From assembly GCA_044220955.1 (NCBI GenBank), contig JBGAQA010000002.1, forward strand, positions 120,774-184,773: 64,000 nucleotides of DNA, in the 5' to 3' direction. Each line of letters begins with the position of its first letter. Within the stretch, counting starts at the first letter, position 1. Below are positions 59,330 through 64,000 of the stretch, piece by piece. A program made the translations under genes and the position numbers. This DNA comes from Sandaracinaceae bacterium (lineage in GTDB: Bacteria > Myxococcota_A > Polyangia > Polyangiales > Sandaracinaceae). Under the pieces are notes generated by a model that was not told the DNA's origin, searched no databases, and saw nothing but the letters and a program-made list of their open reading frames with translations.

Positions 59330-59559
59330 GTCGCCTCCAGGGGCTCGGGCGCGTGGAACACGGGCGAGACCGAGAGCACGCCCGGCATGCCCTGGAGCTC
59401 CTCGAGCCGCCCGCGCACGTGAGCCTCGGCCTCGTCGATGACGAGGGCCACGCGGGCGCCGCGCCGCGGTCCGAGCGTGATACCCGGGACGGCGCCGAGG
59501 CGCTCGATCGCTGCCTCGTCGTGAGGATCGACCACGACCACGACGCCGACGATGCTCAT
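59326..59559 (-). CDS. napD: NapD Tat-proofreading chaperone
   Basis: MSIVGVVVVV...LQGMPGVLSVSPVFH, immediately upstream of napA. Confidence 0.82.
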   Translation of the reverse strand: MSIVGVVVVVDPHDEAAIERLGAVPGITLGPRRGARVALVIDEAEAHVRGRLEELQGMPGVLSVSPVFHAPEPLEAT

Positions 59560-59633
59560 CTCGGACTTGGCGTAGGCGCCGCAGCGCGAGCCGCAAGGTT
59601 TGCGCGCGACTCGGTGGTGCGTACGAACGACGC

Positions 59634-60251
59634 GTGCAGCGTTCTGTCGGACTCCTGATCTGGATCATGCTGCTCTCGAGCGGCTGCGACCACGACGAGA
59701 GCCCGTGGATCTCGCTGACCGAGCTCCCGCCGCCGGACGCCACCGTCGTCGCGCCGGCCCAGATCCACGACCCGCCCGAGCTGCACTCGATCGCGACGGG
59801 GCGCACCGACGCGACCGGCCGGCCGATCCGCGCCAGCTGCCCGACCTGCCACGGTATCGACGCCCTCGCCGACACCTGGCGCAGCTCCGCGATCGACCTC
59901 GGCGCGCCGCACGCGGGCCTGCGCTTCGAGCACGGCGACAACCGCTGCGACTCCTGCCACGACCGGGACGATCGCCTGGCGCTGCGCCTCGCCGACGGCC
60001 GCGCCATCCCGATGGGCGAGGCGATGCAGATCTGCCGGCAGTGCCACGGACCACAGTCGCGCGACTACGACCACGGCTCGCACGGCGGCATGAGCGGCTA
60101 CTGGGACACGACGCGCGGCCCGCGCACGCGAGCACACTGCCTCGACTGCCACGACGCGCACCACCCGGCCTGGAGCCCCGTGATGCCCGCGCCGCCGCCG
60201 CGCGACCGCTACACGCCCGCTTCCCCCGAGCCCGAGCCCCACGATGGATGA
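59634..60251 (+). CDS. Tetraheme cytochrome c lipoprotein
   Basis: Lipobox SSGC; CPTCH, CDSCH, CRQCH, CLDCH. Confidence 0.85.
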   Translation: MQRSVGLLIWIMLLSSGCDHDESPWISLTELPPPDATVVAPAQIHDPPELHSIATGRTDATGRPIRASCPTCHGIDALADTWRSSAIDLGAPHAGLRFEHGDNRCDSCHDRDDRLALRLADGRAIPMGEAMQICRQCHGPQSRDYDHGSHGGMSGYWDTTRGPRTRAHCLDCHDAHHPAWSPVMPAPPPRDRYTPASPEPEPHDG

Positions 60252-61146
60252 CCTCTCGCGACGCAGGCTCTTGACGGGCGCCGGCGCGACGCTGGGCGCC
60301 GCCGCGTTCGCGCGCGCGCTCGCCCCGGTGCTCGAGCCGCTCGACAACCTCTCCGCCGAGCAGTTCCTGCAGGCGCACTACAAGCAGCTCACGCCCGCCG
60401 ACATGGAGCGCGTGCTCGCGCGCATCGAGGCGGACACGCTGCGCGACCACGGCGTGGCCGTGAGCGTGGTCGACGCGCGGCCGACCCCGGGCGTGCAGTT
60501 CGGCTACGCGCTGAACCTCTCGCGCTGCATCGGGTGCCGCCGCTGCGCGGAGGCCTGTCACCACGAGAACAACCACGATCGCTCGACGCACCAGAGCTAC
60601 ATCCGCGTCTTCGAGATGCGGCAGGGCAGCCTCGACTTCGAGCACGGCGATGCGACCTACGATCACCCCGTGCCGCGCGACGGCCACTTCTACATGCCCG
60701 TGCAGTGCCAGCAGTGCGACGACCCGCCCTGCGTGCACGTCTGCCCGGTCGAGGCGACGTGGAAGGAGGACGACGGCATCGTCGTCGTCGACTACGACTG
60801 GTGCATCGGCTGCCGCTACTGCGAGGCCGCCTGCCCCTACCACGCGCGCCGCTTCAACTGGCACGCGCCCGAGATCCCGCCCGAGGAGATCAACCCGAGC
60901 CAGGCGTACCTCTCGAACCGCATCCGCCCCGCGGGCGTGATGGAGAAGTGCACGTTCTGCCTGCACCGCACGCGCGAGGGGCGCCTGCCCGCCTGCCTCG
61001 AGGCCTGCCCGACGGGCTCGCGCGTGTTCGGCAACCTGCTCGATCCCACCTCCGAGATCCGCTGGGTGCTCGCGAACAAGCGCACGTACGTGCTCAAGGA
61101 AGAGCTCGGGACGCGGCCGCGCTTCTTCTACTTCTTCGACGAGTGA
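60244..61146 (+). CDS. NrfC/DsrO-like 4x[4Fe-4S] protein (Tat)
   Basis: SRRRLL; CIGCRRCAEAC, CQQCDDPPC, CIGCRYCEAACP, EKCTFC. Confidence 0.92.
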   Translation: MDDLSRRRLLTGAGATLGAAAFARALAPVLEPLDNLSAEQFLQAHYKQLTPADMERVLARIEADTLRDHGVAVSVVDARPTPGVQFGYALNLSRCIGCRRCAEACHHENNHDRSTHQSYIRVFEMRQGSLDFEHGDATYDHPVPRDGHFYMPVQCQQCDDPPCVHVCPVEATWKEDDGIVVVDYDWCIGCRYCEAACPYHARRFNWHAPEIPPEEINPSQAYLSNRIRPAGVMEKCTFCLHRTREGRLPACLEACPTGSRVFGNLLDPTSEIRWVLANKRTYVLKEELGTRPRFFYFFDE

Positions 61147-61156
61147 GGACGCGCGC

Positions 61157-62443
61157 ATGACCGAGCCCGCAACGAACGTCTCCTCGCCGCCGCCCACCGC
61201 GGAGAGCCACCGCGTCAGCTACCCGCGCTTCCTCGCCCGCGTGTTCGCGCGCGCGGTCGACGGCCCGCCGCACTTCTACGCGTGGATGACGCTGCTCACC
61301 GCGATCGCGCTCGTCGGCCTGCACGCGTGGGCGCAGCAGTTCGCGAACGGGCTCGGCGTCACGGGCATGGGCGACCACGTGTCGTGGGGGCTCTACATCG
61401 CCAACTTCACGTTCGTGGTCGGGCTCGCGGCGGGCGGCGTGATGATGGTCGTCCCCGCGTACCTCTATCGCGACCGCGAGATGCACGACGTGGTCATCGT
61501 GGGCGAGCTGCTCGCGATCGCGTCGCTCGTGATGGCGCTCTGCTTCGTCGTGGTCGATCTCGGCCGGCCCGATCACTTCTGGCACCTGATCCCGGGGCTC
61601 GGGCGCTTCAACTGGCCGATCTCGATGCTCACGTGGGACGTCGTGGTGCTGAACGGCTACCTGCTGATCAACCTGCACATCTGCGGATACCTGCTCTACA
61701 TGCGCTTCCTGAAGCGCGCTCCCGACCCGCGCTGGTACCTGCCCTTCGTCATCGTCTCGATCGCGTGGGCGATCTCGGTGCACACCGTCACCGCGTTCCT
61801 CTACTCGGGCCTCGGCGGGCGCCCGTTCTGGAACACCGCGCTGCTCGCCCCGCGCTTCCTCGTCACCGCGTTCGTCGCGGGACCGGCCTTCCTCGTCGTG
61901 ACCTTGCGCGTTCTGCGCTACGTCGCGGGCCTGCAGCTGCCGGGCGGCCCCGAGCGCACGCTGATCGGCGTCATGCGCGTCACGGTGATCGTGAACCTCT
62001 TCATGGCGCTCTCGGAGGCGTTCACCGAGTTCTACGGCGGCGGCTCGCACGTCGCGTCCGCGCGCTACCTGTACTTCGGCCTGCGCGGGCACGACGCGCT
62101 GGTGCCCTGGATCTGGACGGCGCTCGCCTGCAACGCGGCCGCGGCCACGATCCTGCTCGTCCCCGCGCTCTCGAAGTGCCGCCCGGCGCTCGACGCCGCG
62201 ATGTTCCTCGCGCTCGCGGGCATCTGGATCGAGAAGGGCATGGGACTGATCGTCCCGGGCTTCATCCCGAGCACGATGCACGAGCTCGTCGAGTACGCGC
62301 CGACGGCGACGGAGTGGCGCGTGACCGCGGGCATCTGGGCCTTCGGGCTGCTCGTCTTCACGGCGGCGCTGCGCGTCGCGCTGCCGGTGCTGCACGACGC
62401 GGAGATCGGCCACGGCGGAGAGAACGCCGAGCGCGCACACTGA
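61157..62443 (+). CDS. NrfD/DsrP (PsrC-like) integral membrane quinol oxidoreductase subunit
   Basis: WGLYIANFTFVVG, DLGRPDHF, SMLTWD, VHTVTAFL; multiple TM helices. Confidence 0.9.
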   Translation: MTEPATNVSSPPPTAESHRVSYPRFLARVFARAVDGPPHFYAWMTLLTAIALVGLHAWAQQFANGLGVTGMGDHVSWGLYIANFTFVVGLAAGGVMMVVPAYLYRDREMHDVVIVGELLAIASLVMALCFVVVDLGRPDHFWHLIPGLGRFNWPISMLTWDVVVLNGYLLINLHICGYLLYMRFLKRAPDPRWYLPFVIVSIAWAISVHTVTAFLYSGLGGRPFWNTALLAPRFLVTAFVAGPAFLVVTLRVLRYVAGLQLPGGPERTLIGVMRVTVIVNLFMALSEAFTEFYGGGSHVASARYLYFGLRGHDALVPWIWTALACNAAAATILLVPALSKCRPALDAAMFLALAGIWIEKGMGLIVPGFIPSTMHELVEYAPTATEWRVTAGIWAFGLLVFTAALRVALPVLHDAEIGHGGENAERAH

Positions 62444-62595
62444 TCGGGTGCGCGTCGCCGCCCTCGCGGGCCGGCACACGACCGAGCTCGCGCACGAGTG
62501 GGGCCGCTGGGATGCTGCCCACGCGCGCGGCGGACGATGAACCGGTGAGCGCGAAGGCGAACCGGCGGCTGCACTTGCCGAGCCCGCCCGTGCTT

Positions 62596-62617
62596 CGTTG
62601 CCACCCCGGTGGTAACG
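62596..62617. promoter_or_regulatory. Palindromic operator overlapping the TA promoter
   Basis: cgttgccacc-cc-ggtggtaacg (9/10 arm match), overlapping a TAACGT -10 box 7 nt before the antitoxin ATG. Confidence 0.6.
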
Positions 62618-62625
62618 TCGTCGGG

Positions 62626-62895
62626 ATGGCCGTCAAGAAGCAGTCGGTGGCGCTGGACGAGGAGGTGCTCCGCGCGGCACAGCGCAGCGCCGCGCGCGCA
62701 CATACGAGCCTCTCGGCGTGGCTCAACCGCGCGGCCGCGCGTGCTCTGCGCATCGAGCAGGGCCTCGCCGCGGTCTCCGACTGGGAGAACGAGCACGGGG
62801 CACCGACGCCGCTCGAGCTTCGCCGCGCGGATCGCGCCCTCGCACCCGTCCTCGCCTCGCAGCCGAAGCGCTCGCGCGCGGCCCGCAGACGATGA
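62626..62895 (+). CDS. Ribbon-helix-helix antitoxin (VapB-like)
   Basis: MAVKKQSVALDEEV...SLSAWLNRAA; stop overlaps the PIN toxin start (ATGA). Confidence 0.78.
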   Translation: MAVKKQSVALDEEVLRAAQRSAARAHTSLSAWLNRAAARALRIEQGLAAVSDWENEHGAPTPLELRRADRALAPVLASQPKRSRAARRR

Positions 62896-63272
62896 GCGGA
62901 GTGACCTACGATACCGGCATGCTGCTGGCAGCCGAGTCGAATCGACCGGCGGCGTGGGCGCTCCATCGCCGTGCGCTCGAGAACGGACTCGTGCCGGTGG
63001 TTCCCGTCGTCGTGCTGGCGCAAGCCTGGCGCGGTGGACCCCAGGCGATGCTCTCGCGTCTGCTCGTGGGCTGCGAGATCGAGCCGACGCTCGAGCCGCT
63101 CGCGCGCGCCGCCGGAGCTGCGTGCGGACGCGCCAGGACGTCGGACGTCGTCGATGCGATGGTCGTGGTCTCGGCGCTGGGCCGCGGCGATCTCGTGATC
63201 ACGAGCGACGCGGGAGACCTCACGCGCATCGCGACCGCCCTCGGTCGCGAGCTCGCGGTGCACCGGCTCTGA
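62892..63272 (+). CDS. PIN-domain toxin (VapC-like)
   Basis: VTYDTGML, VVLAQAWRG, DVVDAMV, ITSDAGD. Confidence 0.85.
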   Translation: MSGVTYDTGMLLAAESNRPAAWALHRRALENGLVPVVPVVVLAQAWRGGPQAMLSRLLVGCEIEPTLEPLARAAGAACGRARTSDVVDAMVVVSALGRGDLVITSDAGDLTRIATALGRELAVHRL

Positions 63273-63489
63273 CCGCGAGCGCCACCCTGCCGACGTCGAC
63301 CCCGGTTCAGCGGCTCGAGTCGATCGCGGCCGCGTCGAGGCTCCCTGCGTCGCATGACGACGTCCATCGCGGGCCCGGTCGGGCACTCCTCCGGCGCGAC
63401 CCGTCGAGATCGATGGGCTCTGCGGAGGCCATCGCCTCGAGTCGATCCGTTCTCTTGACCCCCTCCTCCCCCGGTCGGACGATCCCCCC

Positions 63490-64000
63490 ATGCACTCGGC
63501 CCCGCCGAACGGCACCCTCGTCGAGGGCCGCTACCGGCTCGCGCGCGCGATCGCGGCCGGCGCGATGGGCACCGTCCACGAGGCCGACGACCTGAAGACC
63601 GGCGAGCGCGTCGCGCTCAAGATGCTGAAGGCGCAGCTGCACGGCGACGCGTCGATCCGGCGCCGCTTCCGCCGCGAGGCGTCGATCCTGCAGGCGCTCG
63701 TGCACCCCGGGATCGTGCGCATCCTCGACGTCGGGCAGGACGAGGGCGAGCGCTCGTTCACGGTGATGGAGCTCTTGCGCGGCGAGACGCTCGAGGCGCG
63801 CATCGCGCGCGGGCCGATGACGGTGGCGGAGCTGCGGCCGATCGCGCTCGGGATCGCCGAGACGCTCGCGGCGGTGCACGGACACGGCGTCGTGCACGGC
63901 GACGTGAAGCCGGCGAACGTGTTCCTACCGCAGGGCGCGCCCTTCCCCATCAAGCTCGTCGACTTCGGCCTCTCGAAGATCGAGGGCCTCGAGCGCCTGA
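63490..64000 (+). CDS. Ser/Thr protein kinase, N-terminal part (runs off the window)
   Basis: GRYRL...AGAMGTVHEA, VALK, HGDVKPAN, KLVDFGLSK; not in the ORF track. Confidence 0.9.
   Translation, partial: MHSAPPNGTLVEGRYRLARAIAAGAMGTVHEADDLKTGERVALKMLKAQLHGDASIRRRFRREASILQALVHPGIVRILDVGQDEGERSFTVMELLRGETLEARIARGPMTVAELRPIALGIAETLAAVHGHGVVHGDVKPANVFLPQGAPFPIKLVDFGLSKIEGLERL

Noticed and set aside
59634..62443. Sulfate reduction (DsrJOP) or nitrite ammonification (Nrf) pathway
   Set aside because: No dsrAB/dsrMK or nrfA in the window; family similarity alone does not define the pathway

Overview
Very GC-rich, densely coding chromosomal window from a myxobacterium. The lineage is probably Polyangiales/Sandaracinus-like, inferred from a MYXO-CTERM tail, Cys-rich lipoproteins, eukaryotic-like Ser/Thr kinases and a GltC-like protein. 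It holds about 56 CDS. Housekeeping genes include glgA, lipA, tdk, hutH, rsmB, rseP, ftsQ and an FKBP. Surface and adhesion genes include two VWA lipoproteins, an RCC1 protein, a disintegrin-like protein, a type IVa pilin and a 56-aa Flp pilin missed by the ORF track. There are also signalling genes, a divergent napD-napA-napB / cytochrome c-NrfC-NrfD respiratory locus and a VapBC module. I recognised no rRNA, tRNA, CRISPR array, integrase or transposase. Most notable observations: (1) two single-gene cassettes bracketed by long direct duplications of the neighbouring gene junction, a perfect 124 bp repeat (43677/46497) and a decayed 74 bp repeat (15069/16666), with no recombinase in the window; (2) a Nap system with no napC/napGH in the locus, a tetraheme NapB and a facing NrfCD-type quinol dehydrogenase module; (3) integrin-beta-like VWA and disintegrin-like surface proteins; (4) a MYXO-CTERM multiheme cytochrome; (5) a recurrent -10 box 6-8 nt before start codons, suggesting leaderless mRNAs; (6) a ~155-nt rod-like RNA candidate upstream of the Flp pilin. 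All product calls come from motif recognition by eye; no database searches were run.
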